49,035 bases of DNA from Actinomycetota bacterium. Its GTDB lineage: Bacteria > Actinomycetota > UBA4738 > HRBIN12. The translations under genes were made by a program, and so were the position numbers. Below the pieces are notes generated by a model. That model searched no databases. It saw only the letters and a list, made by a program, of their open reading frames with translations, and had not been told where the DNA came from. Positions 8,075 through 17,505 of the stretch are shown here, piece by piece (positions within the stretch are counted from its first letter, which is position 1; each line of letters starts with the position of its first letter). The stretch is taken from contig DATLPI010000121.1 of the NCBI GenBank assembly GCA_035535815.1, positions 1 to 49,035 on the forward strand. Direction: 5' to 3'.

Positions 8075-8267
8075 GGTTTTCCTCCCACGTCGGTTGTGCG
8101 TTCGGACCGAGGAAGTTCCGTCGGTCGTCTCCTAGACGCGCGAGCCCGCGTCCCGGTTGCGAAGCTAGGCGCAGTTGCCACCCCGGCGCAACCTAGGGTC
8201 GCTCGTATCCTGCGGGTTCGGGCCGCTAGCATGTGCGGGCCTCCCAACCGAAAGGCACGCGGCCCTC

Positions 8268-9107
8268 GTGAGCATCCTGCAAGCGATCATCCTGGGCATC
8301 ACCCAGGGATTGACCGAATACGCGCCGGTCTCCAGCTCCGGGCACCTCATCCTGGTGCCGTGGGCATTCGGGTGGACGATCGTGAACGATCCGGCACTGA
8401 ACAAGACGTTCGACGTGGCGCTCCACATGGGCACGCTCACGGGAGCGCTCATCTACTTCCGGCACGACGTCGTCCGTTACCTCCGTGCCTGGATCGAATC
8501 GCTCCGCGCCCGTGCCATCGAAGGTCCGGACCAGCGTCTCGCGTGGGCCTTGGTGCTGGGCACCATCCCGGGGGTGATCATCGGCGCGGCATTCGAGGGG
8601 TTCATCTCCGACACCCTGGGGCAGCCGTGGTTGATCGGCGTGATGCTCGTGGTGTTCGGCGTGGCCCTGTGGTGGGTCGACAAGGTGGCGGCCAGCGACC
8701 GCGGTCTCGATTCGATCACCCCCAAGACGGGGCTCGGGCTGGGGTTCGCCCAGGCGATGGCCCTCCAGCCCGGGGTCTCGCGGTCCGGCGTCACCATGAC
8801 CGCGGGCCGATGGATCGGGCTCGATCGCGAATCGGCGGCGAGGTTCTCGTTCCTGTTGGCGCTGCCGATCACCGCGGGCGCGGGCCTCTACGCATCGATC
8901 GATGTGGTCCAGGGCGGGTTCCAGGGCTACGCCGCGCAGTTCTTCTGGGGGTTCGTGGCGTCGGGGATCAGTGGATTCCTGGTGATCTGGGGCTTGCTGA
9001 AGTACCTGCGCACCCACAGCTTCGCGGCGTTCATGTGGTATCGGTTCGCGGTGGCGGGGATCATCTTCGTGCTGATCGCCAGCGGAGCGCGGAGCGCCAC
9101 GATCTGA
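8268..9107 (+). CDS. uppP: Undecaprenyl-diphosphate phosphatase
   Basis: The product from the GTG at 8268 begins VSILQAIILGITQGLTEYAPVSSSGHL (BacA/UppP signature). The later ...PGVSRSG motif is present. GAAAGG lies upstream. Confidence 0.9.
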   Translation: MSILQAIILGITQGLTEYAPVSSSGHLILVPWAFGWTIVNDPALNKTFDVALHMGTLTGALIYFRHDVVRYLRAWIESLRARAIEGPDQRLAWALVLGTIPGVIIGAAFEGFISDTLGQPWLIGVMLVVFGVALWWVDKVAASDRGLDSITPKTGLGLGFAQAMALQPGVSRSGVTMTAGRWIGLDRESAARFSFLLALPITAGAGLYASIDVVQGGFQGYAAQFFWGFVASGISGFLVIWGLLKYLRTHSFAAFMWYRFAVAGIIFVLIASGARSATI

Positions 9108-9130
9108 CCGACGCGGAACAGGAGGCGACC

Positions 9131-9547
9131 ATGGACCGACGCAGCGTGCAGGCTTGGCTCGACCGATACATCGACACCTGGCGGTCCGGGGATGCGGCCG
9201 AGATCGCGGCCCTGTTCAGCCGCGACGCGGAGTATCGCTACCACCCGTCCGACGACCCCATCCGGGGTCCGGAACAGATCGCGGCCTCGTGGCTCGAGAC
9301 CCCCGACGAACCCGGCACGTGGGACGCGTGGTACCGGCCGTTCGCGGTCGAGGGCGAGCACGTGGTCGCCACCGGCGTCAGCACCTACTTCCATCCGGAT
9401 GGGAGCGCCGACCGGGTCTACGACAACGTGTTCGTCATGACCTTCGACGCGCAGGGCCGGTGCAGCGAGTTCACCGAGTGGTTCGTGCAACGGCCGTCGG
9501 ATCGGCTGGATGCCTCCGTTCCCGGGCCGCTGGTTCCGGAAGGCTGA
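9131..9547 (+). CDS. SnoaL-like / NTF2-fold protein
   Basis: ATG at 9131 is preceded by GGAGG. MDRRSVQAWLDRYIDTWRSGDAAEIAALFSRDAEYRY is the typical SnoaL-like N-terminus. Confidence 0.75.
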   Translation: MDRRSVQAWLDRYIDTWRSGDAAEIAALFSRDAEYRYHPSDDPIRGPEQIAASWLETPDEPGTWDAWYRPFAVEGEHVVATGVSTYFHPDGSADRVYDNVFVMTFDAQGRCSEFTEWFVQRPSDRLDASVPGPLVPEG

Positions 9548-9553
9548 TCCGGC

Positions 9554-10603
9554 TCACCCCACCTGGACCTCGACGCGCTGGATCCCGTTGTGGGCGTACC
9601 CCCCGACGTTCCACTCGGGTTCGTCCGGCTGGGTGTTGCCCTCGGCGTCGGTGGCGCGGCAGCACACGACGTGCGAACCCTCGCGTGCGTCCCACGGGTG
9701 ATGCCAGCCACGCCATGCGAACCGCCCCATCGACGGGTCCAGGGTGGCATCGGTCCAGGACCTGCCGTCGTCGGTGCTGACCTCCACGCGTTCGATCGGC
9801 GCGTGGCCGGACCAGGCTCGCCCGTGCACCGTCGTCGGACCGGCCTGCAACGACCGGGCGCGTGAGGGGAACGCCGGGATGCCCGGCGGCACCATCAGCG
9901 CCCGAGGGGCGATCACGGTGACGGGCGTGCCGGGATCGTCCTCGGACGCTCGGAGGCGGTAGCCCATGCGCTGCTGGTAGCCGTCGAACGGTTCGGTGAC
10001 GGCGGTGATCGAGGTGAGCCACTTGACCGCGGTCATCCCGTACCACCCGGGCACCACCAACCGGAGGGGTGCTCCGTGCTGCGGAAGCAGCGGCGCGCCG
10101 TTCATCTCGTAGGCAAGGAGCACCTCTTCGCGTTGGAGTTCCGCGGGCGGAAGGCTCCGGGCGTACCACTGCTCCTCGCCGCCTTCCAGGCCGCGGTCCG
10201 ATCCGGTGAAGACCACGTCGACCGCGTCGTCGCGGAGACGGGTGCGCCTCAACAGCTCGGCCACCGGCACCCCCGTCCACTCGGCCGTGCCCACCGCTTC
10301 ACGGATCCACGGCTGGGACTCCGAGCGTCGCTCGTACAGGGTCCGGCCGTTGCCGGCGCACTCGAGCGTCACCGGCACCGTGGCCGATCGCATGGCGCGC
10401 AGATCCTCGAGCGTCCACGACCCCGGTTCCTCGACGGCACCGTCCACCGTCAGCGCGAAGTTCGGGTCGACCGGCGGGATGTCGTAGTGGATCAGCAGGT
10501 AGTGCAGCCCCGGCGGCGTGAGGTCGTAGCGCAGGGCTTCCAGCGGCATCCCGTGGTTCCGGGTGGCCTGTGCCAGCTCGACGTTCGTGAAGTCGTCGCT
10601 CAT
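9554..10603 (-). CDS. Sulfite-oxidase-family molybdopterin oxidoreductase
   Basis: ...GLHYLLIHYDIP..., ...VTLECAGNGR... (Mo-ligand Cys) and ...PLRLVVPGWYGMTAVKWL... are characteristic, followed by a C-terminal dimerisation/Ig-like domain. Confidence 0.85.
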   Translation of the reverse strand: MSDDFTNVELAQATRNHGMPLEALRYDLTPPGLHYLLIHYDIPPVDPNFALTVDGAVEEPGSWTLEDLRAMRSATVPVTLECAGNGRTLYERRSESQPWIREAVGTAEWTGVPVAELLRRTRLRDDAVDVVFTGSDRGLEGGEEQWYARSLPPAELQREEVLLAYEMNGAPLLPQHGAPLRLVVPGWYGMTAVKWLTSITAVTEPFDGYQQRMGYRLRASEDDPGTPVTVIAPRALMVPPGIPAFPSRARSLQAGPTTVHGRAWSGHAPIERVEVSTDDGRSWTDATLDPSMGRFAWRGWHHPWDAREGSHVVCCRATDAEGNTQPDEPEWNVGGYAHNGIQRVEVQVG

Positions 10604-10663
10604 CGGTCTCGTCGCGCCGGATGCGCGTTCCCGAGTCTACGCCCGAGGTCGGTGACGCTCGAG

Positions 10664-12007
10664 CTAGATGCCGGCCAGGGTCATCTCGCCGATCAGGATC
10701 GACGGGGTCCCGACGCTCGAGAAGAAGCGGAGGTCGTCGCCCACGCCGGTGATGCCGGCGAGCATCTCCGGCAGCGTCGAGGCGATCGTCATCTCGCGCA
10801 GCGGCTCGCCCAGGGCTCCCCCGCCGATGCGCAGCCCCGTGGCACCGACGCTGAACTCACCGCTGATCGGGTTCGCCCCCGAGTGCACGCCGCTGACCTC
10901 CTGGATCAGGACCCCGCCCTCGGCTCGCTGCAACAGCTCGTCGAACGAGGTCTCGCCCGCGTCGAGGTAGAAGTTGGAGGTCCCCACGCCCGGCGCACCC
11001 TTGTACGAGCCGCGCTTCGCGTTGCCGGTCGAGGCCTGGCCGTCACCGGTGCGAGCCGCCGTATAGGTGTCGTGCAGGAACCCGTTCAGCGTTCCTCGGG
11101 TGAACAGCTCGGTGCGGCCGCTGGGTACGCCCTCGTCGTCGAAGGGGCAGGCGCCCGGCCCCTGCAGGATCGTGCCGTCATCCACCAGGGTGAACAGGTC
11201 CGAGCCCACCTGCTGGCCCACCATCGAGGCGAACAGCGACCGCCCCTTCAGCACCGATTCGGCGTTGAGGGCGCCGGCGAGCACGCCGAGGAACGACATC
11301 GCCGCGAACTGATCGAGGATCACCGGCACCTTCGCGGTGGGCGGCTTCACCGCGCCCAGCATGTCGACGGCGCGCGAGATGGCCTCGTCGGCGATCTCGT
11401 CGGGCCCCACGTCGGCGAGGGCTCGCGCGATCCTGTAGGAGAAGCCGGTCTGGGTCTCGTCGCCCTCGACGGCGAGCGCGACCGCGACGCACCACGCGTC
11501 GGTGCGCGCGTACTCGGCGTCGACGCCGGCGGTGGAGGCGATCGCCACCCGCGTGACCGCGTCGCCCACCTGCGCCAGGTCGGTCTTCGTGACCCGCGGA
11601 TCGCTCGAGACCAACCGAGACTCCAGGTCGAGCGCCATCTGCACCTTGTCGGCGGTGGGCACGTTGGCCGAGGCCGCGTCGAACAGCTCCGGGAGCGCCG
11701 TCACCGCGGCGGCGTCAGGCAGCACGTTGAACTCGTCCGGCTCGGCGAGGGTGGCGTTCTCTCGCGCCTTGACCACGGCCGCCCGGACCTCGTCGACCGT
11801 GGGATCGGCGGCGAAGGCGTAGCCGAGCCGGCCGTCACGGATCAGTCGCACGCCGAGCCCACGGGACTCCGCGAACGTCAGCCCCTCGACCTCACCGCGG
11901 AGTGCGCTCGCTTCGGTCTGGCGTGACTCCTGGGCGTAAGCCTCCACCGCCTCGCCGTCACCGGCCGCTTCGACCGCCGCGCGCACCAGGTCGCCGAGAT
12001 CAGGCAC
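10664..12007 (-). CDS. pmbA: PmbA/TldE-family metalloprotease component
   Basis: A 447-aa TldD/PmbA-fold protein lacking HExxH. Its GTG start overlaps the tldD stop by 8 nt. Confidence 0.85.
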   Translation of the reverse strand: MPDLGDLVRAAVEAAGDGEAVEAYAQESRQTEASALRGEVEGLTFAESRGLGVRLIRDGRLGYAFAADPTVDEVRAAVVKARENATLAEPDEFNVLPDAAAVTALPELFDAASANVPTADKVQMALDLESRLVSSDPRVTKTDLAQVGDAVTRVAIASTAGVDAEYARTDAWCVAVALAVEGDETQTGFSYRIARALADVGPDEIADEAISRAVDMLGAVKPPTAKVPVILDQFAAMSFLGVLAGALNAESVLKGRSLFASMVGQQVGSDLFTLVDDGTILQGPGACPFDDEGVPSGRTELFTRGTLNGFLHDTYTAARTGDGQASTGNAKRGSYKGAPGVGTSNFYLDAGETSFDELLQRAEGGVLIQEVSGVHSGANPISGEFSVGATGLRIGGGALGEPLREMTIASTLPEMLAGITGVGDDLRFFSSVGTPSILIGEMTLAGI

Positions 12008-13385
12008 CGGTGCCTCCCAGGGTGATCTTGGAGATCCGCAGGGTGGGAGAACCGCTGCCCACCGGTGCGGCCTGTCCGTCCTTGCCGCAGACGCCCTCCC
12101 ACGTGCCGAAGTCGTCGGCGATCGCGTCGATCGCGCTCATGACCTCGATCGCCCGGCCGATCAGGTTCGCGCCGCGCACCGGCGTGCCGACCTGGCCGTT
12201 CTCGATCAAGAACCCTTCGCTGACCCCGAACACGAAGTCGCCGGTGGCCGGGTTGACCTGCCCGCCGCCGAGCGAGGTCACCCACACGCCGTGCTCGGTG
12301 GCCTCGAGGATGTCCGCGGCCTTCGAGGAACCGTTGAGGATGTTCGTGTTGGTCATGCGTGGCACGGGCGGGAACGCGTAGGACTGGCGCCGGCCGTTCC
12401 CGGTGGAGGTCACGCCTTCCTTCTCGGCGCGCAACCGGTCATAGAGGAACCCTTGCAGCACGCCGTCGGTGAACAGCACCGTGTTCTGCGCCGGCTCGCC
12501 TTCGTCGTCGAACGTGAAGGAACCCCAGCCGTTGGGGATCGTGGCGTCGTCGACGCCGTTGAGGAGTTCGCTGCCGCACCGTTGACCCACCAACCCGGCG
12601 TACACGCTGGCTTCCTTGTCGATGGCGTCGGACTCGAGCGGATGCCCGACCGCCTCGTGGAAGAGGACGCCGCCCATGCCGGGCGCGAGCACCACGGTCA
12701 TCTCGCCGGCCGGCGCGGGGATCGAGTCGAGCATGGTCACGGCGCGCTTGGCCGCCACGGTGGCGGTGGCCGCCGGCGTGTGTTCGTCCACGAACTCGAC
12801 CCCGGCACATGCCGCCGGACCGTGGAACCCGGTCTGGATGTTGTCGTCTCGCTTGGCCACCACCTGGGCGACCAGGCGGATCCGGGGCCGCGCCTCCTCG
12901 ACCCAGCGGCCATCGGAGGAGGCGATCAATCGCCGCTGCAACGAATCCCCGTAGACGCCCACCACCTGGACCACCTCAGGACTGAACGAGCGGGCGACAT
13001 CGTCGAGCTCGCGCAGCCACGCCACCTTGTCCGCCGCCGGGACCGACGCGGCCGCGCGCTGCACCCGGTTCGTGTCGGGGCCCTCCAGGGTTCGCAGATC
13101 GACGACGTCACCGCCCTCACCGTCGCGCAGGGCGGCACTGGCGGCTTCGGCGGCCTCGAGCAAGGCGTCGCGGTCCAGCCGGTTGGAGTACGCGTAGCCG
13201 TACGACGTGCCCTGGGCGACCCGGACGCCGGCGCCGCGATCGAGGCCGGTGGTGAGTTCCTCGACCTTGCCGTCGTCAAGGCGGATCGAGGTGTTGGTGG
13301 TCTCTTCGACGAAGACCTCGGCGAAGGATCCACCCCGCCGACGAGCGGCCTGGAGCACCTCGTGCACGAGCGAGCGATCGAGCAT
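12000..13385 (-). CDS. tldD: TldD-family metalloprotease
   Basis: A 461-aa protein with ...GGVLFHEAVGHPLESD... (the HExxxH motif typical of TldD). It is paired with pmbA. Confidence 0.9.
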   Translation of the reverse strand: MLDRSLVHEVLQAARRRGGSFAEVFVEETTNTSIRLDDGKVEELTTGLDRGAGVRVAQGTSYGYAYSNRLDRDALLEAAEAASAALRDGEGGDVVDLRTLEGPDTNRVQRAAASVPAADKVAWLRELDDVARSFSPEVVQVVGVYGDSLQRRLIASSDGRWVEEARPRIRLVAQVVAKRDDNIQTGFHGPAACAGVEFVDEHTPAATATVAAKRAVTMLDSIPAPAGEMTVVLAPGMGGVLFHEAVGHPLESDAIDKEASVYAGLVGQRCGSELLNGVDDATIPNGWGSFTFDDEGEPAQNTVLFTDGVLQGFLYDRLRAEKEGVTSTGNGRRQSYAFPPVPRMTNTNILNGSSKAADILEATEHGVWVTSLGGGQVNPATGDFVFGVSEGFLIENGQVGTPVRGANLIGRAIEVMSAIDAIADDFGTWEGVCGKDGQAAPVGSGSPTLRISKITLGGTGA

Positions 13386-13552
13386 GACCCGCGATGCTAC
13401 TAGTAGTGGTCAGGCGATGCCCCGGGCCGATCCGATGCGTCCCTTCGCGCGAATCGGTGCAGTACAGTCAGCCACGCGAACGCGGCCAGTACGCAGCAGC
13501 GCCGGGCGCCGACGGGAGAACGAGGGCAAGACTAAGGAAGGTCACGCGCGCG

Positions 13553-14143
13553 ATGCGAACCAGGTTCACGGTGGTCACGATCCTGCTGCTCTCTGTGCTG
13601 GGTGCCGCGTGCCGAGGCGACGAGGAACCACCCACCTTCTCGTTCTCACCCATCTCGCCGCCGGTCACCGGACCCGTGGGAACCGGCGTGACCGGTCCGA
13701 CGAACGTGACGGGCGCGACGGGCGCGCCGCCAACGGGATCGCCCGGGGTGACCGGCGCGGTCAACACGGGCACGGCTTCGGTCTCCACCACAGGGGTGTT
13801 GACGACCCAGGTGGCCTACACCACGCTCGCCTCGCCGGCGATCTGGGCCGTGCCGCCGGGAGGGATGGCGCTCAATTGGACCGCCTCCCGCAACCAGTCG
13901 CTCGGCATCTCCGGCGCCTCGTTCACCGCCCAACAGCCGACAGCACCCGAGCGGCTCCTGCAGTTCTCGGTCCAGGGACCGGACGGTCTCGTCGTGTTCC
14001 AGTCGAGCGCCGGCGAATGTCTGGTCACGATCACGCCTGCCCTCGCCAACCAGATGGGCGGCACCTTCCTCTGCACGAACATCCAGAGCGAGGACGGGTC
14101 CATCACGGTGAACGCCCAAGGCTCCTTCAGCGCGGCGGGGTAG
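13553..14143 (+). CDS. Predicted lipoprotein with VTG-rich linker
   Basis: ATG at 13553 follows AAGGAAGG. The signal peptide MRTRFTVVTILLLSVLGAAC carries a lipobox (LGAAC). I recognise no domain. Confidence 0.65.
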   Translation: MRTRFTVVTILLLSVLGAACRGDEEPPTFSFSPISPPVTGPVGTGVTGPTNVTGATGAPPTGSPGVTGAVNTGTASVSTTGVLTTQVAYTTLASPAIWAVPPGGMALNWTASRNQSLGISGASFTAQQPTAPERLLQFSVQGPDGLVVFQSSAGECLVTITPALANQMGGTFLCTNIQSEDGSITVNAQGSFSAAG

Positions 14144-14182
14144 CGCACGGACGCGTCGGCCGGCCACGAGCGTCGAGATCTC

Positions 14183-15982
14183 CTGTGGCTCCTCGCGCTG
14201 GTCGCGGTCCTGCTCGGGTTCTTCCTGTGGCCCACGTTCGCCTATCGATGGCCGTTCGGCGTCGGGCCCGACGAACCCGTGTACCTGTGGTGGGCCCGCG
14301 TGGGGGCGGTTCAGGGCATCTCGTCGGTGGGAGCCCGGCCCGGCACCCCGGCGTTGATCCCGACGGTGGCCGGCGCCCTGCACATGGGGCTCGTCCCGGC
14401 CTTGGCGGGACTGCAGTACGGGTTGGGGGCAGCGATCGGGGCCGCCACGATCGCGTTGGTGCGTGGACGCTCGCACGGGGGACGCCCCGGATGGCTGCTG
14501 GCGGGGTTGTTCGCCGGCATGTTCGGCGTGCACCTGGCGGGCGGCTACCTCGCCAACCTCGCTTACGCGCTCCCCTTCATCGCGGCCGCCGCGGCCTTGG
14601 CGTGTCGAAGCCGCCGGGGCGTGATCGGCGCGGCCCTGCTGCTGGGCGGCGGCGGACTCTCCCATCCCCAGTTCTTCCTCGTGGGCGCGCTGGTCCTGAT
14701 CGTGTCGGCCGCCATGGCCTGGATCCTCGAACCGGAGCACGGGTGGCGCTCGGACGCGGGCCGCGTGCTGGCTGCGCTGGGCGGCGGCGGTGTGGTCGTG
14801 GCGGCAGGCCTGCTGTCGATGGTGATCGGACCACCGCAGCTGTCCGTCGACACGTCGAAGGACGGGTTCCTGCGCCGCGCCGGTCTCGCCGACGCGTTGC
14901 ACGAGACCTACCAGTTCCGGTTCCGGGAGAACGTGCGCCGGTACGCGCCCTGGGTGACCTTGCCGCTGGCGGCGGTCGGCACGCTGCAGGTGCGAGGGTT
15001 CACGCGCCGGTTCCTGGTGGCCTGGCTCGCCTGCACGATCGTCGGCGTGCCCCTGGGCATCGCGACAGGATGGTTCCCACCCGAGCGGCTCATGACGTTC
15101 GGCTTCGCGCTGCCGATGCTGGCGGCGCTGGGGGTGACCTGGGTCTGGGAGCGCACCGAACCGCGCCGGTGGCTCACCGTGGTGGCGACCGGGATCCTGG
15201 TGGCGCTGTTCGCCGTTCCCACGATCGATGCCCAGCGCGACCAGCAGACCTTCATGTCCCCCGAGGACCTGATCTCGGGCGCCGAAGCAGGACGGATCGC
15301 CGCGACCCTGCCGCCGGGCACGCCGTTGGTGTTCGTGGTCGACGACCTGGATGCTTCCGCGACGTTCCTCGCGACCCACGTGGCGAACATCGCGCGGGCC
15401 ACCGTCCCACCGGACCGCGTGCAGGACGTGCACGTGTTCGTGGGGCGGGTGCCCGACTATTTCCTGGGGCGGCCCACCGTGAAGGGCTCCGAGGAGTACG
15501 ACGCCCTGTCGGCGATCACGCTGGCCGACCTGCCCCCTGGTCCGCGCGCGGTCTTCGTGGTGCACGAGTTCGATCGCGACCCGGCCGCGTTCACCGATCC
15601 CCACCTGCACGCCTGGACCGAAGGGGTGTGGAGCGACGTCCCGGCTCCCCGGCCGTTGCCGCCGCTCCCCGGTGAACCCCGTGCCTCGGCGCCGTGGCCG
15701 ATCGCCCGTGCGACCGTGGCGATCCTGGCGCTGCTCTGGGTCATCGGAGCGGGCTGGGCATCGTGGACGTTCGGTGACCAGGTCGCTGCTGCCGCGGCGG
15801 CGCCGGCGTTCGGCGTGGCCACCCTCACGATCGTGGCGCTCGCATTGGAACGGATCGGCGTGCCCCTTACCGGGTCATGGGGTCCCACGATCGCCTGCGC
15901 CCTGGCGGGCCTCGGCGGGTATGGGCTCCGATTCCTCCAGGGGAAGGCGAGCGTGGATCCGTCGTCGCAGATCGACCAGTGA
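14183..15982 (+). CDS. Polytopic membrane protein, GT-C-like glycosyltransferase candidate (start uncertain)
   Basis: The protein is multi-TM. The track start (GTG at 14279) would delete a coding-looking TM1 (LLWLLALVAVLLGFFLW) and sits right after the loop motif YRWPFGVGPDEP. Upstream in-frame codons back to TAG at 14141 contain no ATG, GTG or TTG. CTG at 14183 is the best conventional-ish candidate. Confidence 0.6.
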   Translation: MWLLALVAVLLGFFLWPTFAYRWPFGVGPDEPVYLWWARVGAVQGISSVGARPGTPALIPTVAGALHMGLVPALAGLQYGLGAAIGAATIALVRGRSHGGRPGWLLAGLFAGMFGVHLAGGYLANLAYALPFIAAAAALACRSRRGVIGAALLLGGGGLSHPQFFLVGALVLIVSAAMAWILEPEHGWRSDAGRVLAALGGGGVVVAAGLLSMVIGPPQLSVDTSKDGFLRRAGLADALHETYQFRFRENVRRYAPWVTLPLAAVGTLQVRGFTRRFLVAWLACTIVGVPLGIATGWFPPERLMTFGFALPMLAALGVTWVWERTEPRRWLTVVATGILVALFAVPTIDAQRDQQTFMSPEDLISGAEAGRIAATLPPGTPLVFVVDDLDASATFLATHVANIARATVPPDRVQDVHVFVGRVPDYFLGRPTVKGSEEYDALSAITLADLPPGPRAVFVVHEFDRDPAAFTDPHLHAWTEGVWSDVPAPRPLPPLPGEPRASAPWPIARATVAILALLWVIGAGWASWTFGDQVAAAAAAPAFGVATLTIVALALERIGVPLTGSWGPTIACALAGLGGYGLRFLQGKASVDPSSQIDQ

Positions 15983-17437
15983 CCAGATCACCATCACGAA
16001 CATCACCGGCGTGACCACCCAGTGCCCCAGCCACAGGTTCAGGTTGAACGCATCGGGATAGCGGAGGGGTTCGGTCGACCACTGCGCCATCGCGAGGGCA
16101 GCCCCGGCCGTGATCACCGTGGCGCGGGGCGCCCGAGGGAGCAGCCACACGACGGGCAGGGCCCACACCACGTACCACGGCAACAGCACCGGCCCCAACA
16201 GCATCAGGAACACCAGCGACCATCCGATCGCCGCGGTCAACTCCTCGATCGCATCGCCTGCGGACGATCGCGCCGCCACCGTCCTGGCCAGTTCCACGAT
16301 GCTCACCAGCAGCGTGATGGCGAACCCGATGCGCGCGAGCCACCCCAACGTGCCGAAGCTGAAGAAGTCGACGATCTTCTCGACGAACACCGACGGCGCG
16401 AGCCACCCGGTATGACCCGCGAGCTCGAGCATGCCGAGCGTGGGATCGTGGGTCTGGAGGTAGGGCAGACCGAACACCAGGCCGATCCCCACCGCCAGCC
16501 CGGCGTGTGAGGCGAACGCCCGCATGCGCTCACCCTTGGGCCGTCGCGCCACGCACCAGACGATCACCAGCACCAACGGCAGCACCGCTGTGGCCTTCAC
16601 GAGCGCGCCCAAGGCGAGCACGGCCACCGCCCACATCTCCCGGCGCGAGGTGAGCAGCGCCACCGCGCCGATGATCGACAGGGCCACGAGCACGTCGTTG
16701 TGACCACTGCCCACCGCCAGGAACAGCACCACCGGGTTGAGTCCGTACGCGGCTGCGCCGAACGTGACGCGCCCGGGCCGCACCCGCTCGGCCGTCACCA
16801 GGATCATCGCCAGCGTCGCCAGGCTCGCCAGCACCGTGAGCAGCCGGTAGGCCGTCACCTGCGAAGAGGGCGACGTGGTGACACGGGCGATACCGCCCGA
16901 CAGCGACGTGAACAGCGGGCCGTACACCGCGGGCGTGTCGACCCACTTCGGGCCCACCAGCGGCCACAGCGAATCCCCGGCGAACTCCACGGGAGTGTGG
17001 ACGTAGGGGTTCTGGTGGTAGATGCCCACGATCCGGCCGTAGAAGGCGTAGGAATAGACGTCGCGCGAGAACAGCAGCGGCAACAGGAAGACGGCGACGT
17101 GATAGGCGACAGCCAGCACGGTGACGGTCCGAAGGGAGATCGTGCCGCGGTAGGCCTCCCGCAGGACCATGAGGAACCCCACGACGGCGAGGATGGTGGA
17201 GGCCACCCCCGCCGCGATCAACCAGTTGCCCGTCAGCGCGTCGAACCCGATGAACTTCGCGAGCCAGGTGAACGGACCCTGCGGTTGCGCTCCCTGCGGC
17301 AACACCGGCTGGAACGGTGAGCCCGGCGTGGCGGCGAAGGTCGCACACACGACGAACCCGATGACCGAAACGATCACGGCCCGGGTCGCGGATGCGGTGG
17401 CGGGGCGGCGGGGTGGCACGGTGGTTGAACGTACCAC
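15875..17437 (-). CDS. MptB/GT87-like polyprenol-phosphate-mannose-dependent mannosyltransferase (paralog 1)
   Basis: Motifs LLFSRDVYSYAFYGR, VGPKWVDTPAVYGPLFT and AVGSGHNDVLVAL match the DUF2029/GT87-MptB type. I place the start at the in-frame GTG at 17437. The 909-aa track ORF runs across the upstream acyltransferase gene in another frame. Confidence 0.75.
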   Translation of the reverse strand: MVRSTTVPPRRPATASATRAVIVSVIGFVVCATFAATPGSPFQPVLPQGAQPQGPFTWLAKFIGFDALTGNWLIAAGVASTILAVVGFLMVLREAYRGTISLRTVTVLAVAYHVAVFLLPLLFSRDVYSYAFYGRIVGIYHQNPYVHTPVEFAGDSLWPLVGPKWVDTPAVYGPLFTSLSGGIARVTTSPSSQVTAYRLLTVLASLATLAMILVTAERVRPGRVTFGAAAYGLNPVVLFLAVGSGHNDVLVALSIIGAVALLTSRREMWAVAVLALGALVKATAVLPLVLVIVWCVARRPKGERMRAFASHAGLAVGIGLVFGLPYLQTHDPTLGMLELAGHTGWLAPSVFVEKIVDFFSFGTLGWLARIGFAITLLVSIVELARTVAARSSAGDAIEELTAAIGWSLVFLMLLGPVLLPWYVVWALPVVWLLPRAPRATVITAGAALAMAQWSTEPLRYPDAFNLNLWLGHWVVTPVMFVMVIWSLVDLRRRIHARLPLEESEPIPAEARQGAGDRGTP

Positions 17438-17505
17438 CGCGGGCCGTCCCGATGGGTGGCGCGCATCGAGGCCCGACACCCCTCCTGGCCTGGGCGTTTC
17501 CGGCG

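Noticed and set aside
10664-13385. TldD/PmbA pair as part of a RiPP or toxin-processing system
   Set aside because: No small precursor-peptide ORF, cyclodehydratase, ABC exporter or toxin-antitoxin partner is adjacent. The pair is widely conserved as stand-alone housekeeping genes.
13207-15675. 822-aa (+) ORF and 654-aa (-, 13646-15610) ORF overlapping the lipoprotein/GT-C-like region
   Set aside because: Both give Arg/Pro/Gly-rich products. The alternative frame gives a lipobox signal peptide and clean TM helices, which is far more protein-like.
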